Positions 18,474 to 29,027 of a stretch of 64,000 nucleotides of DNA are shown here, one piece after another. Source of the stretch: an uncultured virus (IMG/VR IMGVR_UViG_3300046519_000369). Lineage: Duplodnaviria; Heunggongvirae; Uroviricota; Caudoviricetes. The stretch lies in the IMG/VR virus record IMGVR_UViG_3300046519_000369; one strand, 5' to 3'. The position numbers and the translations under genes are program-made. Position 1 is the first letter of the stretch, and every line of letters begins with the position of its first letter. The notes under the pieces are model-generated. The model did no database searches. It was not told where the DNA came from and saw only the letters and a list, made by a program, of their open reading frames with translations.

Positions 18474-19385
18474 ATGAAAATAATAATGGTACATGGGATC
18501 AACCAGACTGATAAGGATCCTGAAACATTGAAAAAAATATGGATAGAGGCCTTCTTAGAGGGAGTATTTCAGGCACATATACCGAATGTTCCTGCGACAA
18601 CAAAATTTGAGTTTATTTACTATGGAGATCTGGTAAAGGATTATTTAGAGATACCTACTTCAAATAAAGTATTTTTTGATTTACAGACAAGTGGATTCCA
18701 TGCTTTCGAAAAAAACTTTAATGATATGTCATTAGATGAGCAGGATATTTTAATCAATATTGCTGATTCGATGGAGGGAGATAGTACTGATGAGATGGAT
18801 ATATTACCTATTGAAGGAATTCCTGTTAATTTAAAAAGTACTTTAGCTCCATATTCCTTTATAGATAAAGGTGCGAAGGCACTAATCAAGATTACGAGTA
18901 GATTTAAAAAGCTTCATACATGGGTGCTTAAGATATTTGCTAAAGAGGCAAATCTTTTTCTTGGCAATGAACAATATAGATCACAAGTGAGAGAAAGGCT
19001 GCTGGCTAAGATAAAAGAGGATCCAAAGGAAGAAGAAATTGTATTAGTGGGGCATTCCCTTGGTAGTGCTGTCTGTTTGGATGCTCTACAACATTTAAAT
19101 TCCTCTTATAAGATTTCTCGGTTAGTAACTTTAGGCTCTCCTTTAGGCATCCCTGTATTTTATGATTATTTCAAAGATCGTGCTAAACCCTCTTCATTAA
19201 AAGGAGATTGGTTTAACTTTTATGACACGGATGACTTTGTTTCGGCTTATTTATTAACAAATCCCCCATATAATGTTAAGCCAGAGATTCAGAACTTAAG
19301 AGCAAAAACGCAGTATTTCCAACCTCACTATATTGTTGGATATTTGGATGATGCTCTTGTAGTTAAAAAAATCTTAGGTGTTTGA
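18474..19385 (+). CDS. Alpha/beta hydrolase
   Basis: VHGI oxyanion motif, GHSLG nucleophile, TLGSP, D and H triad candidates. Confidence 0.85.
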   Translation: MKIIMVHGINQTDKDPETLKKIWIEAFLEGVFQAHIPNVPATTKFEFIYYGDLVKDYLEIPTSNKVFFDLQTSGFHAFEKNFNDMSLDEQDILINIADSMEGDSTDEMDILPIEGIPVNLKSTLAPYSFIDKGAKALIKITSRFKKLHTWVLKIFAKEANLFLGNEQYRSQVRERLLAKIKEDPKEEEIVLVGHSLGSAVCLDALQHLNSSYKISRLVTLGSPLGIPVFYDYFKDRAKPSSLKGDWFNFYDTDDFVSAYLLTNPPYNVKPEIQNLRAKTQYFQPHYIVGYLDDALVVKKILGV

Positions 19386-19414
19386 GATAATTGAATCGTT
19401 TAGGACTTCAGAAC

Positions 19415-19454
19415 TTGACCCTGTACAGGGTAAATGCTATTTTTGCGTTATAGT
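19415..19454 (+). promoter_or_regulatory. Putative late promoter pR' with Q-binding element and pause element
   Basis: TTGACC-17-TATTTT; palindrome ACCCTGTACAGGGT 19418-19431; -10-like TATAGT 19449-19454; terminator 19566-19592. Confidence 0.6.
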
Positions 19455-19637
19455 GGTCGAAGTGTAAGTAATTTACTTAATATCACGAATGTGATTTATC
19501 GATTCTTATTGAAATACGTTTGCAAATGCAATTAATTTTGATACCACGAATGTGGCTATATTTTAAAAGCTCATCAATAGATGGGCTTTTTTGTATTCTA
19601 TGATATAAATATATTTCCAATAATTAAGGGGATAATA

Positions 19638-19862
19638 ATGGGTAAAGTACGAGTTAGATACGAAGATGGTACCGAAGAAGAATTAGTAGAGGTACAAGAA
19701 AGAACAGGAGCTACCATAAATATCTATCATCAAAATAGTGAAGGATATTTCCTTGTTCAACTCCTACCACCTCATAAAAAATTAGAGGTTCATAATTTAG
19801 GTAATAGTACCTACCTTTTGGGCGATAGAACTGCACTTGTGGTGAGATATGATTATCCTTAA
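19638..19862 (+). CDS. Small hypothetical protein
   Basis: AAGGGG RBS before MGKVRVRYEDG. Confidence 0.65.
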   Translation: MGKVRVRYEDGTEEELVEVQERTGATINIYHQNSEGYFLVQLLPPHKKLEVHNLGNSTYLLGDRTALVVRYDYP

Positions 19863-19973
19863 AGATGATTAAATACTTTAGGCTCACATCTACATGAAAA
19901 GTCAAAATTACTATTAGATATCTTAAGAGCACCTAAAAACTAGTTTTATCGTTTGCCGGACTTATTACGGTGC

Positions 19974-20014
19974 AAAAAAGCCCCGCTAAATATCTATTAT
20001 TAGCGGGGCTTTTT
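19974..20014 (+). terminator. Bidirectional rho-independent terminator
   Basis: AAAAGCCCCGCTAA...TTAGCGGGGCTTTT. Confidence 0.8.
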
Positions 20015-20074
20015 ACTTTAAAAACTCAATATCCAGCATATAATTAATTTACTTTTTTAATTACATACTAAAAT

Positions 20075-20797
20075 ATGCAAATGCTTCCTCAAAAAATTAT
20101 TCAAACAAATGAAAACACCAGATTTGTTTTTGCATCTACAGATACAACGGCAATTTATTCATTTGTTATTGCTGCTTTGGTAGGGATTATTCTTGCCTTA
20201 GTGGGGGTTTTCCTAGCATGGTGGTATGGTAAAAAGAGTTTTGATTTAACAACTAAATCATTTGAAATTACTGTCGAGCAAATTATTGCAAGTATCGAAG
20301 CGGCTAAAGTTAATACAAATGAGCTGATCAAATCCAACAAAGAATCTTTAGCAATGCAAGAAGAGCTAAAAAGAAAGGAGTTGGTGTTTCAGAGCAGGCA
20401 GGTTTGGTTAAACGACTTACGTGATACCTCAACTCTCTATTTAGAAAGTTTGTCTAAAATGAGTAGTTTGTATATAAAGAAAAGACAAGAGATTAGATCA
20501 AGAGTAAAAGTTGACAATGAATTGTTTCTAGAAAATTCAGCTCAAGAGAGTATAAATATTACAAGAATATCTTTGAAAATTGAGTTTTTACTTAATCCTA
20601 AAGGTCTTAATGAGCAAATAATTCTCCAATTAATGAGTAATATTCATGAAATTATCAGAGTTCAGTTCCCAAAATGTTTAGCAATTGATAATAGTGAAAA
20701 TATACGAGGATTAATTGATAGCGATTATAATAATTTCCGAGCAGAAATCCGAAAATTATTGAAAATTGAGTGGGAAAAAACAAAAACTCTAAAATAG
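20075..20797 (+). CDS. Single-TM coiled-coil moron protein
   Basis: N-terminal TM; AT-rich; flanked by terminators. Confidence 0.7.
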   Translation: MQMLPQKIIQTNENTRFVFASTDTTAIYSFVIAALVGIILALVGVFLAWWYGKKSFDLTTKSFEITVEQIIASIEAAKVNTNELIKSNKESLAMQEELKRKELVFQSRQVWLNDLRDTSTLYLESLSKMSSLYIKKRQEIRSRVKVDNELFLENSAQESINITRISLKIEFLLNPKGLNEQIILQLMSNIHEIIRVQFPKCLAIDNSENIRGLIDSDYNNFRAEIRKLLKIEWEKTKTLK

Positions 20798-20837
20798 ATT
20801 TAAAAATATAAACTTGACCTCCTTCGGGAGGTTTTTT

Positions 20838-21287
20838 ATGGATGAAAAAATGGACAATAAAGAATACTTTTGGCTTACAAGAAAAAAAGAACCTAAAATA
20901 AAATCTAAAAGCAGACCATTGCCTAAGGCTAAAGAAAAGTATCTGGAAGCTGAAGAAGTCCTATTTCAAGAACTAGAAGAACATCGAATTGGATACCGAA
21001 GAAAATTTCAATTTGATTCAACTAAAAATTGGCGGTTCGATTTTAATATTGTGAAGTTGAATCTACTTATAGAAATTGCTGGTAGCCCTTGGGCAGTTGG
21101 TCGCGGTGGCACAAAGATAGCAAACGCATTGTGTAAATATGATCTCGCTCTAGATCGAGGTTATGTATTTGTACGTCTTGAACCTCATCAAATTGAATCA
21201 GGTTATGCAATCAACTGGATAAGAAGCGAATTAGCGAGAATTGAAAATGGATCAGATCAGACCATTTCCTCCACAGGACTTGATTGA
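20838..21287 (+). CDS. DUF559-like degenerate nuclease
   Basis: WRFDF...LIEIAG; similar to 11177 protein. Confidence 0.7.
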   Translation: MDEKMDNKEYFWLTRKKEPKIKSKSRPLPKAKEKYLEAEEVLFQELEEHRIGYRRKFQFDSTKNWRFDFNIVKLNLLIEIAGSPWAVGRGGTKIANALCKYDLALDRGYVFVRLEPHQIESGYAINWIRSELARIENGSDQTISSTGLD

Positions 21288-21888
21288 TAAAGCCGAAGAG
21301 GATGAAACAATTCGTTTAAAACCTGCACCAGAATTAAAGGAATGGGTTATAGCAAACTTTCTAACTTTGGGTGGACCTCTTCATAATCCGGATCACGACC
21401 ATATTGCTGAGTTGCTTCATGACAATGAAGAGTTCTTAGCCTTTGCGTGGGCTTCGTCAGCATTTAAAAGCAAACAGGCTATGGTTCTTGGGCAGTGTGA
21501 AAAGGTGATGTTTAATGTTGGAGGCTGGCGTAAAGCTAGACAAGAGCAACAGATGCGGGACTGGTTCGGATTTGTACCAACTTACCTGATTACGATCGAT
21601 GCCACATTTTGCGATAAAGCTAACGATAGTGAATTCTGTGCTTTGCTTGAACATGAGCTTTACCACATAGGCGTAGAGCGTGATGAAGACGGTGAGATGA
21701 TCTTTAGCAGCTCAACTGGCTTACCTAAGCACTATTTATCAGGTCACGATGTCGAAGAGTTTATTGGTGTAACTAAACGGTGGGGAGCAAGTAAGAGCGT
21801 TAAACGTCTTGTTGAGGTTGCGAAGAATCCGCCGTTTGTTTCAAATCTAGATATTTCAAAATGCTGCGGAAACTGCGTAATCAATTGA
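21247..21888 (+). CDS. Putative phage metallopeptidase
   Basis: LEHELYH and HDVEEF motifs. Confidence 0.85.
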   Translation: MDQIRPFPPQDLIDKAEEDETIRLKPAPELKEWVIANFLTLGGPLHNPDHDHIAELLHDNEEFLAFAWASSAFKSKQAMVLGQCEKVMFNVGGWRKARQEQQMRDWFGFVPTYLITIDATFCDKANDSEFCALLEHELYHIGVERDEDGEMIFSSSTGLPKHYLSGHDVEEFIGVTKRWGASKSVKRLVEVAKNPPFVSNLDISKCCGNCVIN

Positions 21889-21946
21889 GCCATAAGGCTC
21901 TTTTTTTTGCCTGTTTTGCTTTACGTAGCTTTACGAAGGGGCAAGT

Positions 21947-22468
21947 ATGGCAACATTAAGAGAGCCTGTAAAAATCTTTATAGTTCAGTCTCTTGCCTGC
22001 TTCGAAACCCCTCAACAGGTGGCAGATGCTGTAAAGCAAGAATTTAACATCGAAATTGAACGTCAGCAGGTCGCTTTATATGACCCAACAAAAGCAACTG
22101 GGAAAAACCTAAGCAAGAAACTGGTTACTTTGTTTAATAAAACCAGAGCAGATTTCCAAAAGAATATTTATGACATTCCTCTAGCCAATAAAGCCTATCG
22201 CATTAAAGAACTTCAGAAGATTTATGAAGGCTGGAAGAACAACCGGCTAATGAAGCAAGGTGTGATTAAACAGGTTAGGGAAGAAATGCAGGGTCATGAC
22301 TTAACACTCCTGAATATTGAGTTAAAACAACTTGAGATTGAAAAGATCAGGACGGGCGATGGTGAGGGTGCCGATGATCCAACACCGGTCAAGGTAACCA
22401 TTCAAGTTGTAGATGCGAGTAAAAAAGATGCCGAACATCAATCCGACGCTGAATGTGCCTCAGGCTAG
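21947..22468 (+). CDS. Terminase small subunit (DUF2280-like)
   Basis: FIVQSLACFETP; directly upstream of TerL. Confidence 0.85.
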   Translation: MATLREPVKIFIVQSLACFETPQQVADAVKQEFNIEIERQQVALYDPTKATGKNLSKKLVTLFNKTRADFQKNIYDIPLANKAYRIKELQKIYEGWKNNRLMKQGVIKQVREEMQGHDLTLLNIELKQLEIEKIRTGDGEGADDPTPVKVTIQVVDASKKDAEHQSDAECASG

Positions 22469-23714
22469 ATTTCTTCAAATGGAAAACAAATTCAGGGCAT
22501 TTATATCCGGATTTGGTGGCGGAAAAACTTGGGTGGGTTGTGGTTCTTTATGCCATAAGGCTTGGGAATTCCCCAAAGTTAGGCTGGGCTATTTTGCACC
22601 TACATACCCTCAGATTCGGGATATCTTTTATCCGACAGTCGATGAGGTTGCTTTTGACTGGGGGTTAAAGACCAAAATCTATGAATCGAATAAAGAGGTC
22701 GATCTTTATTATGGTCGTCAGTATCGAAGTACGATCATCTGCCGGTCTATGGAGAAGCCGGCAACAATTGTCGGTTTCAAGATTGGTCATGCACTGATCG
22801 ATGAGCTCGATGTTATGGCTACTCACAAGGCTCAGCAAGCGTGGCGTAAGATCATCGCACGTATGCGATTTAAACAGGCAGGTTTGTTGAATGGTATTGA
22901 TGTAGCGACTACACCGGAAGGTTTTAAATTTACGTACGAGCAATTCGTTAAAGAGGCGAATAAATCAGAGGCCAAGCGAAAGCTTTATGGAATGATTCAG
23001 GCTTCAACCTATGACAATGAGGCCAATCTACCAGATGACTATATTGCATCTTTACGGGAATCCTATCCACCTCAGCTCATTGAGGCATATTTACGTGGGC
23101 AGTTCGTTAACTTAACCAGCGGTGCTGTTTATCCTGATTTTGACCGTAGGCTCAACCATACCGATGAAGAAATTAAGCCGAATGAGCCGTTAATTATCGG
23201 TATGGACTTTAACGTCTTGAAGATGGCCGCCGTGGTGTATGTGATCCGTGACGGTAAACCTCTGGCACTAGATGAACTGGTAGGAGTTCGTGATACACCA
23301 ACTATGGCCAAACTGATTATTGAACGTTTCCCCGATCATGAAATTACGATTATTCCTGATGCTGCCGGACAATCTACTTCATCAAAAAATAGCAGTGAGT
23401 CGGACCATGCCATCTTAAGGCAGCATGGTTTACGGGTAGAGGTGAATAACACTAACCCGACCATTAAAGACCGTTTAAATGCCGTGAATGCTTTGATCCT
23501 GAATGGTGAGGGAGAACGGACGTTAAAGGTTAATACTTATAAGTGCTCACGGTTTACCGAGACATTAGAACAGCAGATTTATGATGACTTTGGAATGCCT
23601 GACAAGAAATCAGGATTGGACCATGTCGGTGATGCAGGTGGCTACCCACTAGCGAAACGGTTCCCGATTATTAAACGGATTGTTCAGGTCAGACGGATTC
23701 GGGGTATGGCTTAA
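22428..23714 (+). CDS. Terminase large subunit
   Basis: GFGGGKT Walker A, LIDE Walker B, GMDFN nuclease, DHVGDA. Confidence 0.95.
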   Translation: MPNINPTLNVPQARFLQMENKFRAFISGFGGGKTWVGCGSLCHKAWEFPKVRLGYFAPTYPQIRDIFYPTVDEVAFDWGLKTKIYESNKEVDLYYGRQYRSTIICRSMEKPATIVGFKIGHALIDELDVMATHKAQQAWRKIIARMRFKQAGLLNGIDVATTPEGFKFTYEQFVKEANKSEAKRKLYGMIQASTYDNEANLPDDYIASLRESYPPQLIEAYLRGQFVNLTSGAVYPDFDRRLNHTDEEIKPNEPLIIGMDFNVLKMAAVVYVIRDGKPLALDELVGVRDTPTMAKLIIERFPDHEITIIPDAAGQSTSSKNSSESDHAILRQHGLRVEVNNTNPTIKDRLNAVNALILNGEGERTLKVNTYKCSRFTETLEQQIYDDFGMPDKKSGLDHVGDAGGYPLAKRFPIIKRIVQVRRIRGMA

Positions 23715-23753
23715 ATAACGCACCTTTATCGGTGCTTTTTTATTGGTGTTTTT

Positions 23754-25094
23754 ATGGCAGTTACGGATAAACATCCGCAGTATAGTGCTGCACAAAAAAG
23801 CTGGTTGGTTATGCGTGACGCCGTTGCCGGTGAAGAGCAGATTAAACAGGCACAAACCAAGTATCTTCCTAAATCGGCTGGCATGATTGAGGCTGAAAAG
23901 CAGGGCGATAAGACTGGAGAAATTTATAAAGCTTATCTCAGTCGTGCTCAGTATCCATTATGGGTTCAAGACTCTCTTCGTACGATGATTGGTCTGGTCT
24001 CAAAGCTTGAACCTAACATCGTAATTGAAAGTACTTTATTAAAAGGGCTTATAGAGAATGCAACCAATGACGGATTTGGGCTTAAACAGCTTTTTATCCG
24101 AATTTGTCTAGAGTTACTGGAATATGGTCGCTGTGGCTTGCTGGTAGATGTAGATGCTAACGGCGTTCCATACTTCGCCTTATATGATGCCTTATCCATT
24201 ATTAACTGGAAGGAAAACAGCATTGGTGGTCGTAAGGATCTGAAATTATTAGTGCTCGAGGAGCAATTTGAAAACGGTGGTGATGAGTTTGGCCATGATA
24301 CAAAAACGGTCCACCGCGTTTTATCCATGATTGATGGAGCCTTAGCAGTCCGTTTGTTTGATGGTTCTAATGTGGAGGATAAAACTCCGGATCTTGGCGG
24401 TAATCAGCTTTCATTCACACCATTTGTATTCTGCGGTACCACGGATAACTCCCCTAATGTTGGAACTATTCCGCTTTTAACTATGGCAAAAGCAGCCCTG
24501 AAGTATTACCAGCTCAGCGCGGACTACTTTCAGTCACTTCACCATACAGCACATCCTCAGCCTTGGATTAACGGTCTGGAAGGTGATGAAGATATCAGTG
24601 TCACTGGTGTAATGGCGGTGTGGAGTCTTCCACGTGAGTCACAATGCGGTTACTTGGAGATTTCTGGCGATGGTATTGATCTGACTAAAAAGGAAATGGA
24701 TGCCCAGAAGAATTCAGCTCTTGAAGCTGGAGCAAAGGTTATTGACACTAATTCACAAGAATCAGGTGAAGCACGCCGTGCACGTCAGGATGATCAGCAT
24801 GCAAGCTTACATAGTATTGTGATGTGTGCAGCTGCTGCTATTGAGCAATCCATTAAGTATGCAGCCCAATGGTTAAAGCTCGATCCTTCCAAATATACAT
24901 TTACGGTAGAACCTGAATTTATCGTTCAGCAATACGATATCAATCTTGCTAAACAACTTTACGAAGGTGCACTAGCAGGCAAGAATTCGTTCCAGACATA
25001 CTGGGAATACCTTGCAACAGGAAAACTACCAGAACATGAATATGAAGATGAATTAGAGCGTATAGAAAAAGAACGTGATAGCGCGCCACTATAG
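23754..25094 (+). CDS. Portal protein (DUF4055-type)
   Basis: Size and position; Y..YLSRA; YGRCGLLVD. Confidence 0.88.
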   Translation: MAVTDKHPQYSAAQKSWLVMRDAVAGEEQIKQAQTKYLPKSAGMIEAEKQGDKTGEIYKAYLSRAQYPLWVQDSLRTMIGLVSKLEPNIVIESTLLKGLIENATNDGFGLKQLFIRICLELLEYGRCGLLVDVDANGVPYFALYDALSIINWKENSIGGRKDLKLLVLEEQFENGGDEFGHDTKTVHRVLSMIDGALAVRLFDGSNVEDKTPDLGGNQLSFTPFVFCGTTDNSPNVGTIPLLTMAKAALKYYQLSADYFQSLHHTAHPQPWINGLEGDEDISVTGVMAVWSLPRESQCGYLEISGDGIDLTKKEMDAQKNSALEAGAKVIDTNSQESGEARRARQDDQHASLHSIVMCAAAAIEQSIKYAAQWLKLDPSKYTFTVEPEFIVQQYDINLAKQLYEGALAGKNSFQTYWEYLATGKLPEHEYEDELERIEKERDSAPL

Positions 25095-25106
25095 AGGTAA
25101 CGGTTT

Positions 25107-26213
25107 ATGGCTGCGAATGATGAAAAAACACTTTTTAATATCCTGACCCAACATCAGGCATATCTATATCGTGCGTCTTCACGATCAGTGAATGAGCTAC
25201 ACAAGTTATTTAATGACGAAACAATGATTATGCTCGGCTCATTAAACATGCTACTGGACGAGCTAAACAATTCTGAAAAGATAGCTCTTGCTGGCGGGCA
25301 ATATACGACCCCCAATCTAAGGGAGGTTCGTGATCTGATTGCCCAGTGGTTTAACACAATTAATGTGGCTGTACCTGAGGCATTTGCAGTATCAGCTATA
25401 GCACTTGCAGTTTATGAGGCCAATTACATGGCTAAACTGTTTGGTAAGGTTGATAAGAGTCAAAAAGCAGACGAACTTTATACGGCCACCAAAAAAATCC
25501 CTTTAGCTGGGGGAGCATTAGTTGATGAGCTCCTATCTAAAATTGCAGAAACTGCACGCCAAAGAGTGGAATATGCAATTCGGGATGGTATTAATACCGG
25601 CATGACCAATCAACAGATCATTAAACGAATCCGCGGTACCAAACGTCTTAAATATGAAGATGGTCTTTTAAACAGCACTAAAATCGATATTGACCGGACG
25701 GTAAGGACAATCCGAAGTCATATATCCAATCAGGCGTATCTAAATAGTTTTAAACAATTCGACTTTAAATATGTCAGATTTATTAGTGTACTTGATGGCA
25801 GGACTTCAAAAGTTTGCGCTTCACTCGATGGTTTAGTCTGGAAAATAGATGATCCAGCAAAACGTATACCGCCGTTGCATCCTAATTGCCGAAGTGCACT
25901 CGTTCCAGTTGATAAAGATGGTCGTCTTATCGGGCAACGTCCATTTGTGATGGATGAGCGCAAGGTCAAGGACATTCCTAAAGATGAACGTGAACAGTTA
26001 ATTGGTCAACTTGATGCCAACACCACATTTAGAGAGTTCTTTAAGAAAACAGATGAGTTTTTTCAGAAAGAATGGCTAGGGCCTAAACGTTTCAAACTCT
26101 ACAAAGAAGGCCATTTTGATTTTGATAAGTTCTTTGACCCTGAAGGTAGGTTATATACTTTGGATGAGTTAAGAAAATTGGATGAGAGTGCTTTTAGAAA
26201 TTTTGAACTGTAA
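25107..26213 (+). CDS. Minor head protein (MuF/SPP1 gp7)
   Basis: LDGRTS.VC.SLDG, PPLHPNCRS. Confidence 0.9.
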   Translation: MAANDEKTLFNILTQHQAYLYRASSRSVNELHKLFNDETMIMLGSLNMLLDELNNSEKIALAGGQYTTPNLREVRDLIAQWFNTINVAVPEAFAVSAIALAVYEANYMAKLFGKVDKSQKADELYTATKKIPLAGGALVDELLSKIAETARQRVEYAIRDGINTGMTNQQIIKRIRGTKRLKYEDGLLNSTKIDIDRTVRTIRSHISNQAYLNSFKQFDFKYVRFISVLDGRTSKVCASLDGLVWKIDDPAKRIPPLHPNCRSALVPVDKDGRLIGQRPFVMDERKVKDIPKDEREQLIGQLDANTTFREFFKKTDEFFQKEWLGPKRFKLYKEGHFDFDKFFDPEGRLYTLDELRKLDESAFRNFEL

Positions 26214-26312
26214 TCATTGCTCTTAAAAAGTGATTAAGTTTATTAAAATTTTATATATCATAATGTTAATATAACTTATCACTTATACAATAAATCATAG
26301 AGTTTAAATTGA

Positions 26313-26906
26313 ATGACAAAGATCCTTCTAAAATCACTACTCATTCTATCTTTTATAAATCTTATTTCTGGTTGCGATGATTCTAAATGGTTAAAGCAAA
26401 ACGATTTATATGAAAAGGAAGTTGAATTTGTACCAGCACCTGGCAGTAACTGGATTCCTTCAAAATATATTGAGGAACAAAGTGGAAAGGTTACCTATAA
26501 CTTGGCAACTGCAAGTGAGCTTTTAAATACTACAGCTGAACCATATTCTGAGGATTCACGTCTAATATTCCTTTATAAGCAAGAATCCAATGATAATAGT
26601 CTTTTGTTAACTGTAACTAGAGGACTTGCTATTTGTCCTGAAACTGATTGTGACGTCATATTCAAATTTGATGAAGAAAAACCTGTAAAAGTTAAAATGT
26701 TTGTTTTAGATGATTTTGATGGACATTCTTTTCAAGTTAAACGTACTCAAGATAAAGAAGAAATTATTAAGTTACTTAAGAAAAGTAAGCAGTTAAAAGT
26801 AGATATATCTTTAATCAATAATGGAGTTAAAACAGCACAATTTGATATTTCTAATTTTAGCTATGTTTTAGAACGTTTCTTGAAAGAAAATAGTGTGAAA
26901 AATTGA
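26313..26906 (+). CDS. Lipoprotein moron
   Basis: LISGC lipobox; resembles 40652 protein. Confidence 0.75.
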   Translation: MTKILLKSLLILSFINLISGCDDSKWLKQNDLYEKEVEFVPAPGSNWIPSKYIEEQSGKVTYNLATASELLNTTAEPYSEDSRLIFLYKQESNDNSLLLTVTRGLAICPETDCDVIFKFDEEKPVKVKMFVLDDFDGHSFQVKRTQDKEEIIKLLKKSKQLKVDISLINNGVKTAQFDISNFSYVLERFLKENSVKN

Positions 26907-27292
26907 TTTTAAATTAGATAATTTAAGGCACTTAGTCGGTCGAGACTTCCACATCTTATATTTGAATTAACTAAAGGTCATGACTGGCATAAAGGTGGGA
27001 TAGGGTATAAGACATTGCTGGAATGTAGTTTGATTAAGACATAGTTTAAAGTCTTGACAGCAGAAGCAGTTTTGGGCTAATTTTTACCACAATGAATAGT
27101 TGTGCAAACATCTTGTTTTTATAACAAATATGCGTCAATTATTAAGAAATACTAAACCACCTTTCGAGGTGGTTTTTTATACCCAAAAATATGTCATTGA
27201 ACAGTAAAAGATTTAAAACTAATAATAGGTTTGTACAGCTATTAATTAATAATCTAATTGTGATAATTTTATGTAATTATTAATTATAAGAG

Positions 27293-28069
27293 ATGAAAAT
27301 GGCTAAAACTAAACCAAAACCTAGAACTGCAATAGTGAATATTCATGTACAACAAGGGGATAGAGTCGAAGGAATTTTTGATGAAAAGAAACAAATAATG
27401 AGTTTTAAGATAAAGCGTCAAGATGAGGTAGTTAGTGCAAAGAAGATTGAATATACCAGTTTTTATAAACGAGATAGTAATAAGCCAAAATTTTTAAATA
27501 TAATTGAGTTTCAGAAATCATCAGATTTTACTGTATCACATGATGAAGCTATACAGAGATTTGATCATATTTGGGCTATTGATACTAATAAAAAAGAAAT
27601 TTTTGGTGAGTTGGCAAACGTCGCTGTTGTTACAGAAGGTGATACTAATGGTTCCAGTGAATTCACATCCACTCTTGCAATCATATTTGGATTAACTGAA
27701 GGTAATTCTGAACTTTTTAGTTGGAGAAAATTTATCAGTTTTGTTATGTCAAACCTAACAGACAGTTCTTTAAAGCAGTTTGGTCTAATTGTAGACTCTG
27801 ATCTAGGGAAAATTAGACAATATAACAGTAGAGAATTACCTATCCATGGAGACTTCTTCTTACCCGAAAATTGGACATTAATTTATGCAACTTCGGATTC
27901 AGGAAAGGAAAGTATATTTAATAGAATGTTGATTGAATCAGATAAAGTTTCTAAAAAAGTTATGGCTTGGGTATCTAATTTAGAAAAAAATGTAAAGCAT
28001 TGGCGTCCCATCACTAATGAAGATAATTATCAACCAACATTCCTTCCACTTTTGAATATTGAGTTATAA
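27293..28069 (+). CDS. Hypothetical moron protein
   Basis: AT-rich ORF flanked by terminators. Confidence 0.75.
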   Translation: MKMAKTKPKPRTAIVNIHVQQGDRVEGIFDEKKQIMSFKIKRQDEVVSAKKIEYTSFYKRDSNKPKFLNIIEFQKSSDFTVSHDEAIQRFDHIWAIDTNKKEIFGELANVAVVTEGDTNGSSEFTSTLAIIFGLTEGNSELFSWRKFISFVMSNLTDSSLKQFGLIVDSDLGKIRQYNSRELPIHGDFFLPENWTLIYATSDSGKESIFNRMLIESDKVSKKVMAWVSNLEKNVKHWRPITNEDNYQPTFLPLLNIEL

Positions 28070-28178
28070 GATGATTCTGAAAAGCACTTTAGGGTGCTTT
28101 TTAAAACCATAATCTGTTAATTTGTATACTGAAAAATATAGTATATAAAATATTTTTATTTTAAATAGTTAAGTATCA

Positions 28179-29027
28179 ATGAACGAATTTTATAGATTAC
28201 CAGCAGCAGATATTGTTGTTCAGCTTTCTTATCAGAAAGAAATAGAAATTTTCGACTTTACTGAAATGCTTGAAGGCATTTCCTTAATGTTCGATAGCTT
28301 TATAAGAAGCAAAAACAATGCAAGTTATAAGAGGAAAAAGGATAGACCTAGATTATACATAAGAGAAATTCATAAAGGCTCTATTATTGCTGAGCTTATC
28401 GCAATTTTTCCAGATTTTATTGAAAATGTAGATAAACTAAATACTCTTCTTGAATTTGGCTTAATAATGCGTGAGTTATTTAAAATTCGAGAGGAGGAAA
28501 AGCTAAAGGAAAGTCAGATAAAAAATAGGGATAAAATAATTAAACCATTATTAAATGATCCTAATGCCAAACTTGTTATTGATTTTGAAAACTCTCAAGA
28601 AAAAATTGAGATTGATAGCCAGAAGGCTGTTCAAATACAGATTAAAAGTAGGGAAATTCATGAAAAGCTAAGGATTAAACGCTTAGCATGGGCATCACCT
28701 ATAAAAGATCAAGTTAAGATGTTTAAAAAAGATGGGGAAATACAGGAATTACAAACAAGTCTTTTGGAAGAAAAAGTATCAGAAGTTTGGTTGAAAATAG
28801 AATCACCTTCTTTTAATAATGGAACTTGGGGCTTTAGACAGGATGATAAAAAGTTTAATGCGACAATCCTTGATGAAAATTTTATGATCAAAGTTCAAAA
28901 AGGAGCATTCCGATTTGGAAAAAATGACCTCTTAAAAGTACAGTTGAAAACATCTCAAAGACTGGTGGGTCATAGAATCATCAATCGTTACGAAATAATT
29001 AAGGTTCAAGAATATCAACAGGTATAA
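28179..29027 (+). CDS. Hypothetical moron protein with OB-fold-like C-terminus
   Basis: KGSI motif; W.F.....F.ATI.D..F...V......F...D.L.V. Confidence 0.7.
   Translation: MNEFYRLPAADIVVQLSYQKEIEIFDFTEMLEGISLMFDSFIRSKNNASYKRKKDRPRLYIREIHKGSIIAELIAIFPDFIENVDKLNTLLEFGLIMRELFKIREEEKLKESQIKNRDKIIKPLLNDPNAKLVIDFENSQEKIEIDSQKAVQIQIKSREIHEKLRIKRLAWASPIKDQVKMFKKDGEIQELQTSLLEEKVSEVWLKIESPSFNNGTWGFRQDDKKFNATILDENFMIKVQKGAFRFGKNDLLKVQLKTSQRLVGHRIINRYEIIKVQEYQQV

Noticed and set aside
25107..26213. MuF polymorphic toxin
   Set aside because: Short MuF with no C-terminal toxin domain.
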